Positions 18,701 to 27,745 of a DNA stretch of 64,000 bases are shown here, piece after piece. The stretch lies in NCBI GenBank assembly GCA_046290465.1, contig JBKAGP010000001.1:608001-672000 (forward strand). The letters are read 5' to 3'. Below the pieces are notes generated by a model. It saw only the letters and a program-made list of their open reading frames with translations, ran no database searches and was not told the DNA's origin. The first letter of the stretch is position 1, and each line of letters begins with the position of its first letter. The position numbers and the translations under genes are program-made. This stretch comes from Planctomycetota bacterium. GTDB lineage: Bacteria; Planctomycetota; UBA1135; UBA2386.

Positions 18701-18825
18701 TGCTGCAGGCCGGCCTCACCTACAAGCGCATGAAGCAGCCGGCCAAGGCCACGCGGTTCTTCGACGAGCTGCTCGACAAGCACAAGGGCAGCGACGAAGC
18801 CAAGGTCGCGGCCGCGCAACGATAG
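15703..18825 (+). CDS. large exported tetratricopeptide-repeat protein (CpoB/BamD-like repeats)
   Basis: Signal peptide ending LAVA-Q; many repeats such as EAYYRLA, EARYRLG, DAQFGLGW, HPDSPFVANA, EAQFRLG. Confidence 0.88.
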   Translation: MSAPRSLLFVALGASLAVAQNGRRPEDFQIAIGMQNRGLHEEAVRYLSKFVRENGQHQLVPEAYYRLAQSQIERKQTDAAIDALKKALQRGGARFELLPEARYRLGGLLQEKGDQQGAQQQFAALAGGVADDHYLAAAASYALGETLRDLDRDAPAAEAFGKAAALADGEQRGFRFPSLYQQGFAYLRLNQFDPAAKAFARACDVAPDQAAKGECSYLVGDARLRLEQYVPARQAFEAARKVGGEFADDAQFGLGWVALGSDDRDGALRAFGRLIERHPDSPFVANARLERARCYYQAQQFDRAGNELRPLLAEAGPLQQEARELEGLCALASGKGQAAVQTLEQALAAASDEDKPRLSFALGEALSNLEQWGDALRAYRAVPASVGADLYGDALYGACHALHELGRNQESIQCADAVLQLEPAHRSRVLAQLAIAENRFALREFAAAEQVYQQLEKVDAHRRTARWKLSWCRYLQGDKQGAAERFGAVAKDREDGNAEEAMAMQALALYESGAQDPALQVADRYRARYQQGRFLARTERIAARVLRQRGDLGAAQRRLERAAAIARQQGGDEAGSADVAEQADLAYQQGDYEAADQLFAQLTSRDDATGARALAGRAWCAFELGNDAPCLQALQAARQHPAAKDELAGLLELESAVRHRRQEWPEAIQAARTFLQNHGKHPKAPMLRYALGVALARNGDQKGAQQVLAALAADGGYNEPDRVVYELAWALRRGGDERAALQQFGKVTAMTEDVELAGESRLFVGTDLLAQQPPKLAAARKVLEQVQGSHRKQALYRLGFAEFEAATAEAAIAEDGAPVDRKLLGAARDHFTEIVGIEGEELRHEALYLGAESCRRLGDAEGALQRAQLLLREANQHARAPRARLVVGECALLAERPDDAIAPLERFLREHDAAADEVARADAARANLWLGKARLQRRQHEQAERCFQLVTGLSDGALAAEAQFRLGESRALRNDLNGAADAFVKIPILYADAEWVRKGLLQAGLTYKRMKQPAKATRFFDELLDKHKGSDEAKVAAAQR

Positions 18826-18838
18826 ACAGGACTCCGCC

Positions 18839-19573
18839 ATGCTCTCGCTGATGCCCCAGTCGCCGAACGTCGTGCAGACGATCGGCGAGTTCTTCACCGC
18901 CGGCGGCCTGTTGATGTGGCCGATCCTGATCTGCTCGATCGTGTTGGTCGGCCTTGCGCTCGAACGGTACCTGAGCCTGCGTCGCGGTCGCGTGCTGCCG
19001 CAGGTCGTCGTCGACGCGGCGCACCAGTGCACCGAGGGCCGCGCCGACGTGATCGCCGCCGGGATCCTCGAGGCCAGGGCGCCGGGCGCGCGCGTGCTGG
19101 CGGCCGGGCTGCGGCGCCGCGGCTGCCTGCTCGCCGACGTCGAGAAGGCGATGGAGGACCGCCTGCACGAGGAGGGCGCCAAGCTGAAGGGCAACGTCGC
19201 CGGCATCCTGGTGGTCGCCGCGGTCGCGCCGCTGCTCGGCCTGCTCGGCACCGTGCTCGGCATTGCCGACGCGTTCGCGGCGGTCGAACAGACCGGGCTC
19301 GGCAGCCAGGAGGGCAGCGAAGCGCTCGCCGCCGGCATCAAGGTCGCGCTCTACACGACGATCTTCGGCCTGTTCGTGGCGATCCCGGCGACGCTGCTCG
19401 CCGCGCACCTGAAGGCGCGCGCCCGGCGGCTGGTCGCGGCGATCGCCGACACCGTGACGCCGACCGTCGAGGCGCTGGCGTCGCTGCCGCCGACGGCGAA
19501 GACCCCGGACCCGGCCGCGGCCGAGCGGGACGCGGCGTCGAGCGACGAGCCGGAGGAGACCCATGCGGCTTGA
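18839..19573 (+). CDS. MotA/TolQ/ExbB proton channel protein
   Basis: GGLLMWPIL, APLLGLLGTVLG, LAAGIKVALYTTIFGLFVAIP. Confidence 0.95.
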   Translation: MLSLMPQSPNVVQTIGEFFTAGGLLMWPILICSIVLVGLALERYLSLRRGRVLPQVVVDAAHQCTEGRADVIAAGILEARAPGARVLAAGLRRRGCLLADVEKAMEDRLHEEGAKLKGNVAGILVVAAVAPLLGLLGTVLGIADAFAAVEQTGLGSQEGSEALAAGIKVALYTTIFGLFVAIPATLLAAHLKARARRLVAAIADTVTPTVEALASLPPTAKTPDPAAAERDAASSDEPEETHAA

Positions 19574-19976
19574 GTCCGACAGCGACGAAGAGCTCGGCAT
19601 CAACCTGATGCCGCTGGTCGACGTGGTGTTCCTGCTGCTGATCTTCTTTCTGGCGGCGACGACGTTCTCGCGCGACGAGGTCGAACTCGACCTGCGCCTG
19701 CCCGAGGCCAAGACCGGCGAGGCCGGCAAGTCCAACCGGCAGCTGATCATCAACGTGTCCTCGGACGGCTCGCTGACGATGGCGGGGCGCAACGTCACGT
19801 TCGAGGCGCTCAAGCAGAAGCTGGTCGCCGCCGTGTCGCGCAACAAGGACCAGGCGGTCTTGGTGCGCGGCGACAAGGCGGCGCAGTTCGGCATCGGCCT
19901 GCAGGTGCTCGACACCTGCCGGATGGCCAAGGTCAAGAAGGTCGACTTCGCGGCGCTGCCGTCGAAGAAGGGGTAG
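19563..19976 (+). CDS. ExbD/TolR family protein
   Basis: INLMPLVDVVFLLLIFF with the essential TM Asp; LRLP; VRGD. Confidence 0.95.
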   Translation: MRLESDSDEELGINLMPLVDVVFLLLIFFLAATTFSRDEVELDLRLPEAKTGEAGKSNRQLIINVSSDGSLTMAGRNVTFEALKQKLVAAVSRNKDQAVLVRGDKAAQFGIGLQVLDTCRMAKVKKVDFAALPSKKG

Positions 19977-19980
19977 GCAC

Positions 19981-22900
19981 ATGGCGATCGGGGCGCGCAC
20001 CAGGCGGTGGTTGATGTGGGCGGCGTGGACCGTCCTGTGCCTGGCGTCCGCGATGTACGTCGGCCTCGTCGTCGGTCGGCCGCTCTACTACAGCGACGGC
20101 GGCCAGCAGGTCGCCGGTGCCGACATGGCCGGCGCCGGCATGCTGCGCTGGACCACGCCCGCGGCCGAACGCGAACTGCCGGTCGATCCGATCGGGCGGG
20201 TGGCGCAGCTGCCGGACGGGGCGCTGCTGTTCGGCATGGCCACGGAAGCGGGCACCAGCGACCTGTTCACCTGGCACCCGGATCGCCCCGACGTGCCGCC
20301 CGAGCCCGCCTACGGTCTCAACACCGAGCACAACGAACTGGCGCCGGCGGTCGGTCCCGACCAGCGCGTCTACTTCACGTCGGACCGGCCGGACGCGATC
20401 GGCGGCTACGACCTGTTCGCGACCACCTGGACGCCGCGCGGCTTCGGCCGGGTGACGCCGATGGCGGCCTGCAACACGGCGTTCGACGAGACCGATCCGG
20501 CTCCCGATCCGACCGGCACGTCGCTGGTGTTCGTGCGCATCGACCGCGCCATCGACGACGGCAACGACGGCGTGCTCTACCGCTGGCTGCTCGGCGATCC
20601 GCTCGATCCGTCGCTGGTGTTCCCCGACCAGGCGCGCCGCCGCGAACGGGTGGTCGATCGCGATCCGGCGTTCGCGCCCAACGGTGCGTCGCTGTGGTTC
20701 GTGCGCAAGTTGCGCGGCCGGCCGCTGCTGGTGTGCCGCACCAGCCGGCTCGGCGACGCGTTCGACCGCCCGGTCGAACTGTCGCTCGCATGGGGCACGC
20801 GGTCGCTGCGCAGCCCGCTGCCGCTGCCGGACGGGCAGTCGGTCGCGTTCGTGCAGCCGGCGGCCGGCGAGGACCCGGCGCTGTGGTTCGTCAGCCGTGC
20901 CGAGGAGTTGGTGCCGTGGTGGCCCGGCCAGCAGTGGCTCGAATGGCTGTGCCTGTCGCTGATCGCGTGCGCGGCGCTGCTGCTGCTGCTGCTCTACTTC
21001 GGCCAGCGCTGGAGCGCGCTCGACCTGGTCGCGCAGTGCCTGCTGCTGTCGCTGCTGCTGCACGTGCTGCTGTTCCTGTGGCTGATGGGCGTCGAGATCG
21101 CCGGCTCGCTGCTGCCCGGCAGCGACGACGACGACAGCGGCATGCAGGTCAGCATCGTCGCCTCCGCGGGCGTGGCCAGCGCGAGCCCTTCGGGCGGTGC
21201 GGGCGACGTCGCCGCCAAGGTGCAGCGCACGGTGCGCGAACGTTCGTTCGAGGTGGCCCAGCCGGGCACGGCGACGCAGCGGCCGCAGCCCGACGCGAGC
21301 AACAGCCTCGCGGTCGAGAGCGGCGCCTACCAGGCCGAGCCGACCGCCGAGGCCGAGGCCGAGCCGGCGCAGCTCGACGACGCCGCGGCCGAACTGCAGA
21401 AGCGCGACGGCAGCGATGCGGCGGCCGAACTGCAGCAGGCTGCGATCGGCGCCGTCCAACAGGTGCAGCAGCGAGCCGATCGGGCAGCTGCGCGTTCGGC
21501 AGCGGCCGATCCGAACGCCGAGGCCCGGGTCGTTAGGGTCGAGACGCCCGGCAGCGGCGTGGCGCGCGCGGCGGCGCGCGCGGTCGAGATCGCTGAGGGC
21601 GACGCCAACGCGGCGATCCCGATGCGATCGAGCCCGTCCAACAGCAGCTCGCCCGATGCGCCGGCGATGCAGGACGCCGCCTCGGCGGCGTCGCTGGCCG
21701 CGGCCGAAACGCGCGCGGACGCGGCGCCCGCACCGGTCGGCATGACCACCGAGGCGTCGCTGTCGGCGGCGCCGGCGAGCGCGTCGGTCGCGGCTCCAGA
21801 GCGCGGCGCCAGCAAGACCAGCGACGACGCGGTCACGGTCGCGATGCCCGGCAGCACCGTCGGTCGTTCGGCCAGCCGTCGCATCGACGCCCAGCCGGCG
21901 GCGCGCGAGGTCGCGGTCGCCGGGCCGCGCAGCCTGCCGCGACCCAGCATGCAGCTGCGCGGCGATCGCCCGGCCGGCGGCGCGCTGCCGGCGCGCAGCG
22001 AGGCCGCCGGCCCCGCACCGACTGCTGCGGTCGCCGCCGTCGAGGTGACGGCACCGGCCACACCCGACACGTCGACGGTCCGGGCGGCCCGCACCGCGCG
22101 GGCCGGCGAGCGGCCGTCGCCGCGCGAATCGCTGGCGACGCCGGGCTCGGCGCTGCGCCGTTCGCGACCGGTGGTGGCGATGCGCGGGCCGAGCGTGCGC
22201 ACGGCGCCGAAGGCCAGCCTGCGCGGTGGTGCGCCGATCGCGCTGAAGGATGGCGGCGGCCGACGCCCCGGCGGCGACGCGCCCAGCCGCGAGCCGCGAG
22301 CAGCGGCGGCCAGTGCGCCGGTCGCCGCCGCCGCGCAGCCGCTGCCGGACCAGCCGACCGGCAACCCGTCGTTCGCGCCGCGGCGCGCGCGCCCGGCGCG
22401 CAGCAGCACCGCCGGGGCGTTCGCCGCGCGGTTCCCGGTGACGCCGCCCGGCACCGAGGTCGCGCGCGCCGCGCCGCGGCCGTCGTCGCTGCCGCAGCCG
22501 AGCCAGCCGGTGGTCCAGAAGAACGCCTACAGCAACCGCTTCGGCCCGGCCAAGGCGCAGGCGCTGGAGCGCTTCGGCGGCACCGAGGAGACCGAGCGCG
22601 CGGTGCGCGACGGGCTGGCCTACCTGGCCAGCATCCAGAACCGCGACGGCTCGTGGGGCAACCGCCGCGACTACGACGGCAAGTACGGCTTCGTCTACGT
22701 CGGCAAGACCGCGCTGTGCATGCTGGCGTTCCTGGGCGCGGGCCACACGCCGTCGTCGAACAGCGAGCACTCGGTGGTGGTCACCCGCGCGCTCGAGCAT
22801 CTGCTGGCGCTGCAGGACGAGGACACCGGCGCGTTCGGCCGCAGCTCGTGCTACGGCCACGGCATCGCGACCTATGCGCTGGCCGAGTGCTACGGCCTGA

Positions 22901-23631
22901 CCAAGAACGACGACCTGCTGCGCCCGCTCGAGGACGCGCTGACCTGGATCCTGGCCAACCAGGGCCCGCGCAGCGACCAGCGCAACCGCGGCGGCTGGGG
23001 CTACTTCTCGCCCGGTCTGCGGGCCGAGGACAGCTACGCGCGCGTGTCGGTGTCGTCGTGGATGATCATGGCGCTCGAGTCGGCGCGTCTGTCGGGCATC
23101 GAACTGCCCGAGGACGTGCTGCCGGCGGCGCGCCAGTACCTCGAGCTGTCGTTCGACCGCCCGAACGGCTGGTTCCGCTACAACCACAAGCCGTCGCGGC
23201 TGCGCTCTGGCTGGCCGACGCTGCCCGCCAGCACGCCGGCGGCGGCGTTCTGCCTGATGCTGATGGGCGTCGAGAAGGACGACCGCATGGTCGAGGTCGC
23301 CAGCGACTACACGGTCGAGCGCCGGCCGCGCAGCTACCGGCGCTACCGCGACGACGACTTCGTGCTGCGCGGCCAGGGCAACGTCTACTTCTGGTACTAC
23401 GGCTCGCTGTGCTGCTTCCTGAAGGGCGGCCAGCAGTGGCAGCGGTGGAACGAACGGCTCAGCACGGTACTGCCGCAGGCGCAGAACGAGGACGGCTCGT
23501 GGACGCCGATCGACGTCTACGCCGAGGAGGCCGGCGACAACCGGCGTGACCGCAGCTACACGACGGCGATGTGCGTGCTGAGCCTGGAGGTCTACTACCG
23601 ATACTTCACGCCGCTGCTGTTGGGTCGGTAG
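19981..23631 (+). CDS. multidomain membrane protein: PD40/TolB-like propeller, TM helices (SxxxH), Ala/Pro-rich linker, prenyltransferase/squalene-cyclase-like barrel
   Basis: LNTEHNELAPAV..D.RVYFTSDR..GGYDLF (PD40); SLLLH; QW motifs QNRDGSW, QDEDTGAF, QNEDGSW. Confidence 0.85.
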   Translation: MAIGARTRRWLMWAAWTVLCLASAMYVGLVVGRPLYYSDGGQQVAGADMAGAGMLRWTTPAAERELPVDPIGRVAQLPDGALLFGMATEAGTSDLFTWHPDRPDVPPEPAYGLNTEHNELAPAVGPDQRVYFTSDRPDAIGGYDLFATTWTPRGFGRVTPMAACNTAFDETDPAPDPTGTSLVFVRIDRAIDDGNDGVLYRWLLGDPLDPSLVFPDQARRRERVVDRDPAFAPNGASLWFVRKLRGRPLLVCRTSRLGDAFDRPVELSLAWGTRSLRSPLPLPDGQSVAFVQPAAGEDPALWFVSRAEELVPWWPGQQWLEWLCLSLIACAALLLLLLYFGQRWSALDLVAQCLLLSLLLHVLLFLWLMGVEIAGSLLPGSDDDDSGMQVSIVASAGVASASPSGGAGDVAAKVQRTVRERSFEVAQPGTATQRPQPDASNSLAVESGAYQAEPTAEAEAEPAQLDDAAAELQKRDGSDAAAELQQAAIGAVQQVQQRADRAAARSAAADPNAEARVVRVETPGSGVARAAARAVEIAEGDANAAIPMRSSPSNSSSPDAPAMQDAASAASLAAAETRADAAPAPVGMTTEASLSAAPASASVAAPERGASKTSDDAVTVAMPGSTVGRSASRRIDAQPAAREVAVAGPRSLPRPSMQLRGDRPAGGALPARSEAAGPAPTAAVAAVEVTAPATPDTSTVRAARTARAGERPSPRESLATPGSALRRSRPVVAMRGPSVRTAPKASLRGGAPIALKDGGGRRPGGDAPSREPRAAAASAPVAAAAQPLPDQPTGNPSFAPRRARPARSSTAGAFAARFPVTPPGTEVARAAPRPSSLPQPSQPVVQKNAYSNRFGPAKAQALERFGGTEETERAVRDGLAYLASIQNRDGSWGNRRDYDGKYGFVYVGKTALCMLAFLGAGHTPSSNSEHSVVVTRALEHLLALQDEDTGAFGRSSCYGHGIATYALAECYGLTKNDDLLRPLEDALTWILANQGPRSDQRNRGGWGYFSPGLRAEDSYARVSVSSWMIMALESARLSGIELPEDVLPAARQYLELSFDRPNGWFRYNHKPSRLRSGWPTLPASTPAAAFCLMLMGVEKDDRMVEVASDYTVERRPRSYRRYRDDDFVLRGQGNVYFWYYGSLCCFLKGGQQWQRWNERLSTVLPQAQNEDGSWTPIDVYAEEAGDNRRDRSYTTAMCVLSLEVYYRYFTPLLLGR

Positions 23632-23659
23632 GCCCGGCGGGCTACTGTGCCGGCCCCAG

Positions 23660-24232
23660 ATGTCCAACACCAAGTTCGTGCTCCGCACGGTCGTGCTCGC
23701 GCTCGCGGGCAGCGTGCTCGTCTTCCTCGGCGTCGGCCTGATCCTGGCCGACGAATGGACGGTCACGACCACGCGCACGATGGCGCTGCCGCCGGCGCAG
23801 GTCGCCGGGGCCGTGCGCGACCTCGACGCGTGGTCGAAGTGGTCGTCGATCGACTTCCAGCTCGGCAACCCGACCAACCGCAGCTTCCGCGGCGAGGCCG
23901 GCAAGCCGGGGCAGGAGGCGATGTGGAGCGGCCCGCTCGGCCAGGCGGTGGTGACGCTCGACGCGGTGACCGAGACCGGCGTCGACTACCGCATCGGCTT
24001 CGTCTACCGCCAGGGCAACACCGGCGGCAAGTTCGCCGGCAGCATCAGCTGGAAGGCGAACGGCGGCTCCACCGAGGTGACCTGGACCGAGCACGGCAAG
24101 CTCAACTCGCTGATCGAGCGCTGGACCAACTGGTTCGGGGCGCTGCAGGACAAGGTGCAGCAGATCCAGCGCGCCAGCCTCGCCGGCCTCGAGGAGCACG
24201 TGCTCGAGCAGCAGCCGGACGGCAACAAGTAG
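23660..24232 (+). CDS. SRPBCC/START-like (polyketide cyclase) family protein with N-terminal TM
   Basis: W.VTTTRTM.LPP..V...V.DL.AW.KWS; GSTEVTW; ASLAGL terminal helix. Confidence 0.8.
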   Translation: MSNTKFVLRTVVLALAGSVLVFLGVGLILADEWTVTTTRTMALPPAQVAGAVRDLDAWSKWSSIDFQLGNPTNRSFRGEAGKPGQEAMWSGPLGQAVVTLDAVTETGVDYRIGFVYRQGNTGGKFAGSISWKANGGSTEVTWTEHGKLNSLIERWTNWFGALQDKVQQIQRASLAGLEEHVLEQQPDGNK

Positions 24233-24289
24233 CCGCCGCTGCAGCGCCCGGTCGCGCGGTCGAACGGTCCCGCGATGGAACCCGTCGCG

Positions 24290-24796
24290 CTACTGGACCG
24301 TCACCGTGACCGGGATCGTCTGCGCCGCCAGCGGCACGGCGGCGCCGGCGCTGGTCGCGGCGCGCAGGCCGCGCAGCGCGATCGTGTAGGTGCCGGGTTG
24401 GCGCGGCTGGCTCGGCTGCACGCGCAGCCGGAACAGGTCGCCGATCGGCAGCGGGTCGGCGGACGGGTTGGTCGAATCGCCGCACAGCACCACGAAGCGC
24501 TCCCCGTCGAAGTCGCCGTCGACCGACAGCGGCGCGATCGCGCTCAGCCGCTGCTGCTGCTGGGCCAACTGCAGCTGCGGCGGCAGTTCGACATCGACCT
24601 GCAGCAGGGCCGGCGCCGGCGACGCGGTGCTGCGCAGCGCCACGATCAGGTCGGTGCCGTCGGCCGAGGGCGCGATCGGTGCCGTGGTCGCGGTGAACGC
24701 GGCGCTCTGCGTCACCGGCGGCGTGCCGTCACCGCCGCCGCCACCGCCACCGCAGGCTGCCAGCAGGAGAACCGCGATCGGGGAGCTTCGCCGCAT
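24290..24796 (-). CDS. lipoprotein with cohesin-like beta-sandwich
   Basis: Lipobox LLAAC followed by poly-Gly; beta-rich domain (LQVDVEL, GDLFRLRV). Confidence 0.7.
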   Translation of the reverse strand: MRRSSPIAVLLLAACGGGGGGGDGTPPVTQSAAFTATTAPIAPSADGTDLIVALRSTASPAPALLQVDVELPPQLQLAQQQQRLSAIAPLSVDGDFDGERFVVLCGDSTNPSADPLPIGDLFRLRVQPSQPRQPGTYTIALRGLRAATSAGAAVPLAAQTIPVTVTVQ

Positions 24797-24869
24797 GGCA
24801 GAAGGGTAGCCGATCCCCGGCAACAGGGAAGGGCTCGCGCGCCGGCCTGGACCCTGCGACGATGGCGCC

Positions 24870-27011
24870 ATGAACAAGCCGTGGGGCGTGGTGTTGGGGC
24901 TGCTGTCGATGGCCGCCCTGCCGGGGCAGGAGCACGGCGGTGGGCAGGCCGGGCAAGGCGACCGGCAGGAGCCGCGCCCGGCCAACCGCCTCGACAAGGA
25001 GTCGTCGCCGTACCTGCGCCAGCACCGGCACAACCCGGTCGACTGGCACCCGTGGGGCGACGAAGCGCTCGCGCTGGCCAAGAAGCTCGACAAGCCGATC
25101 TTCCTGAGCATCGGCTATTCGGCGTGCCACTGGTGCCACGTGATGGCGGCCGAGAGCTTCTCGGACCCCGAGGTCGCCAAGCTGATGAACGAGAAGTTCG
25201 TCTGCATCAAGGTCGACCGCGAGGAGCGGCCCGACATCGACCAGATCTACATGGGCGCGCTGCACGCAATGGGCAAGCAGGGCGGCTGGCCGCTGTCGGC
25301 GTGGCTGACGCCGGACGGCAAGCCGTTCTTCGGCGGCACCTACTTCCCGCCGACGGCGAGCCGCGGCCTGCCGTCGTTCCGCCTGGTCTGCGAGTCGCTC
25401 GCCAACGCCTGGGCGGACGAGCGCGACAAGGTGCTGCAGGGTGCGGGCGAGCTGAGCGAGCACCTCGAGCAGGCGCTGGCGCCGTCGCTGCCGGCGGGCG
25501 AGCCGACGCCGGCGCTGTTCGGCAAGGTGCTGGCGGAGGCCCGGGACTGGTACGACGCCGAGCATCCGGGCTTCGCCGCACCGCCGCGGTTCGCGCCGAA
25601 GTTCCCGCAGGCCTCGCAGCTGCAGATGCTGCTGCGGAACGACGACCAGCAGGGCCGCGCGATGGCGCTGGCGGCGCTGCGCGCGATGGCGCGCGGCGGC
25701 ATCCACGACCAGCTCGGTGGTGGCTTCCATCGCTACAGCACCGACCGCCGCTGGCTGGTGCCGCACTTCGAGAAGATGCTCTACGACAACGCGCTGTTGG
25801 CGTCGGCATACCTCGAGGCGAGCCAGGTGGAGAAGGACGGACCGTTCGCGAGCGTCGCGCGCAGCACGCTCGACTACCTGCTGCGCGAGATGCAGGCGCC
25901 CGACGGTGGCTTCTGGTCGAGCCAGGACGCGCAGTCCGAAGCCGTCGAGGGCAAGTTCTTCGTCTGGAGCCGTGACGAGATCGAGCAGCTGCTCGGCGAC
26001 GACGCCGAGCTCGTCTGCGACGTGTTCGGGGTGACGGCGGCCGGCAACTGGGACGGCACCAACGTGCTGTGGCAGGCGCAGGACGTGCCCGCGACCGAGG
26101 CGTTCGCCGCGGCGCGTGCCAGACTGTTCGCAGCGCGCGCCGAGCGGGTGCGGCCCGGCACCGACGACAAGGTGCTGGTGGCGTGGAACGGCATGGCGAT
26201 CGAAGCGCTGTGCGACGGCTACCGCGTGCTCGGCGACCGTCGCTACCTCGAGGCCGCGCAACGCGCCGGTGCGTTCCTGCTCGAACGGTGCGTGGTCGAC
26301 GGTCGGGTCCGCCGCAGCTGGCAGGGTGGCAGCGCGCCGTTCGCCGGCTACCTCGAGGACCATGCCTCGCTGGCCAACGCGCTGCTGGCGCTGTTCGAGA
26401 GCGACTTCGAGGGGCGCTGGCTGCGCGCCGCGAAGCAGGTGCTGCAGACCACCAGGGACCACTTCCGGGCCGAGGACGGTTCGTTCTACTTCACCGCCGA
26501 CGACCACGAGCAGCTGCTGGCGCGCACCAAAAGCGCCAGCGAGGGCGCGACGCCGTCCGGCATCGCGATGGCGGCGCGGGCGTTCTTGCGGGCGGGGCTG
26601 CTGCTCGGCGACGACGCCGTCTACCAGCTGGGGGCCGGCGCGCTGCGCGCCAACCACGCGCTGCTCGCCCACAGCCCGGCGTCGGCGCCGGCGCTGATGC
26701 GCGCGGTGCAGCTGCACCTCGGCGCGCCCAAGGAGATCGTGATCGCCGGCCGACCCGACGACGCGCGCACCCAGGCGCTGCTGCGCGCGGCGTGGCGGCG
26801 GTTCCCGCAGCCCGGCGTGGTCGCGTGCGTGCACGACGGCAACCGCGAGGCGCTGGTGGCGATCAGCAAGGTCTTCGATGGCAAGCTGCCGAGGGACGGC
26901 GCGCCGTGCGCCTACGTCTGCGAACGGGGCGTCTGCCAGGCGCCGGTCACGACGGTCGACGCGCTGCGGCAGGCGTGGGGGGCGGCGAAGCCCGCGGAGG
27001 GCGGCAGGTGA
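24870..27011 (+). CDS. thioredoxin-domain protein, YyaL/DUF255 family
   Basis: [52 protein letters not shown]. Confidence 0.93.
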   Translation: MNKPWGVVLGLLSMAALPGQEHGGGQAGQGDRQEPRPANRLDKESSPYLRQHRHNPVDWHPWGDEALALAKKLDKPIFLSIGYSACHWCHVMAAESFSDPEVAKLMNEKFVCIKVDREERPDIDQIYMGALHAMGKQGGWPLSAWLTPDGKPFFGGTYFPPTASRGLPSFRLVCESLANAWADERDKVLQGAGELSEHLEQALAPSLPAGEPTPALFGKVLAEARDWYDAEHPGFAAPPRFAPKFPQASQLQMLLRNDDQQGRAMALAALRAMARGGIHDQLGGGFHRYSTDRRWLVPHFEKMLYDNALLASAYLEASQVEKDGPFASVARSTLDYLLREMQAPDGGFWSSQDAQSEAVEGKFFVWSRDEIEQLLGDDAELVCDVFGVTAAGNWDGTNVLWQAQDVPATEAFAAARARLFAARAERVRPGTDDKVLVAWNGMAIEALCDGYRVLGDRRYLEAAQRAGAFLLERCVVDGRVRRSWQGGSAPFAGYLEDHASLANALLALFESDFEGRWLRAAKQVLQTTRDHFRAEDGSFYFTADDHEQLLARTKSASEGATPSGIAMAARAFLRAGLLLGDDAVYQLGAGALRANHALLAHSPASAPALMRAVQLHLGAPKEIVIAGRPDDARTQALLRAAWRRFPQPGVVACVHDGNREALVAISKVFDGKLPRDGAPCAYVCERGVCQAPVTTVDALRQAWGAAKPAEGGR

Positions 27012-27391
27012 GCGAGGACCTGCTCGACGTCGTCGACGGAACGCGGCGCGTGCACGAGATCGCGCGCGACCCGCAGCACGTGGCGTGGCTCGCCGAACGT
27101 CCGGTCCGCCCCGGTCACGTGGTGGTCTGTACCACCAAGCTGGTCGACTCGGTGTTCGACCTCGACGACGAGGCCAGCGCGCGGCTGTGGGCGTTCGTGC
27201 ACCGGATCGGCCGGCGAATGCGCGAACGGCTGCCGTGCGCGCGGGTCTGCGTCAGCGTCATCGGCTGGGCCGTGCGCCATGCGCACGTGCACCTGATCCC
27301 GACCGAGCAACCTGGACAGGTCCCTGGCCTCGACGGCGAGCCGCCGGATAACGACGAGATGCAGGCGCTGGCGGCGCGCCTGCGTCGGTAG
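27008..27391 (+). CDS. HIT family protein
   Basis: PVRPGHVVV and HAHVHLIP histidine triad; GTGA overlap with the upstream gene. Confidence 0.88.
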   Translation: MSEDLLDVVDGTRRVHEIARDPQHVAWLAERPVRPGHVVVCTTKLVDSVFDLDDEASARLWAFVHRIGRRMRERLPCARVCVSVIGWAVRHAHVHLIPTEQPGQVPGLDGEPPDNDEMQALAARLRR

Positions 27392-27394
27392 CGA

Positions 27395-27730
27395 TCAGCC
27401 GGTCATGCGCGGCGGTTCGGGAAACACGTCCTCGCCGTCCCGCGTGCGTAGGTAGTCGGCGAACACCCGGACGAACCACTCGAGCTCGTCGGCGGCGTCG
27501 GTGCTCAGCTCCTTGTGGCTCTGGGCCTTGCCGAGGCGGGCCGCCAGTTCGGCGAACGGCGCGGTCGCGAGCAGGAACGCGGGGAAGTCCTCCTCCGGCT
27601 TCGGCTCCTCGACGAGCACGCGCAGCTTCTGCAGCCACTGCTGCTGTTCGCGGGAGTACTGCTCGAGGGCCTCACGGCGCTCGTCCAGCGTCAGGTTGCG
27701 GGGGTCCGCCAGAAAGTCGTAGGTGTCCAA
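27395..27730 (-). CDS. hypothetical protein
   Basis: Coding-like GC3 bias; helical acidic sequence; TTG start uncertain. Confidence 0.65.
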   Translation of the reverse strand: MDTYDFLADPRNLTLDERREALEQYSREQQQWLQKLRVLVEEPKPEEDFPAFLLATAPFAELAARLGKAQSHKELSTDAADELEWFVRVFADYLRTRDGEDVFPEPPRMTG

Positions 27731-27745
27731 GGGTCTTCCTCAGGA

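Noticed and set aside
14221..19341. Very long antisense or alternative-frame ORFs (14221-19341, 19933-23904, 33760-37803, 50161-53415, 6417-9884)
   Set aside because: Shadow ORFs caused by high GC3; Arg/Ala/Pro-rich with no motifs, lying over clearly identified genes
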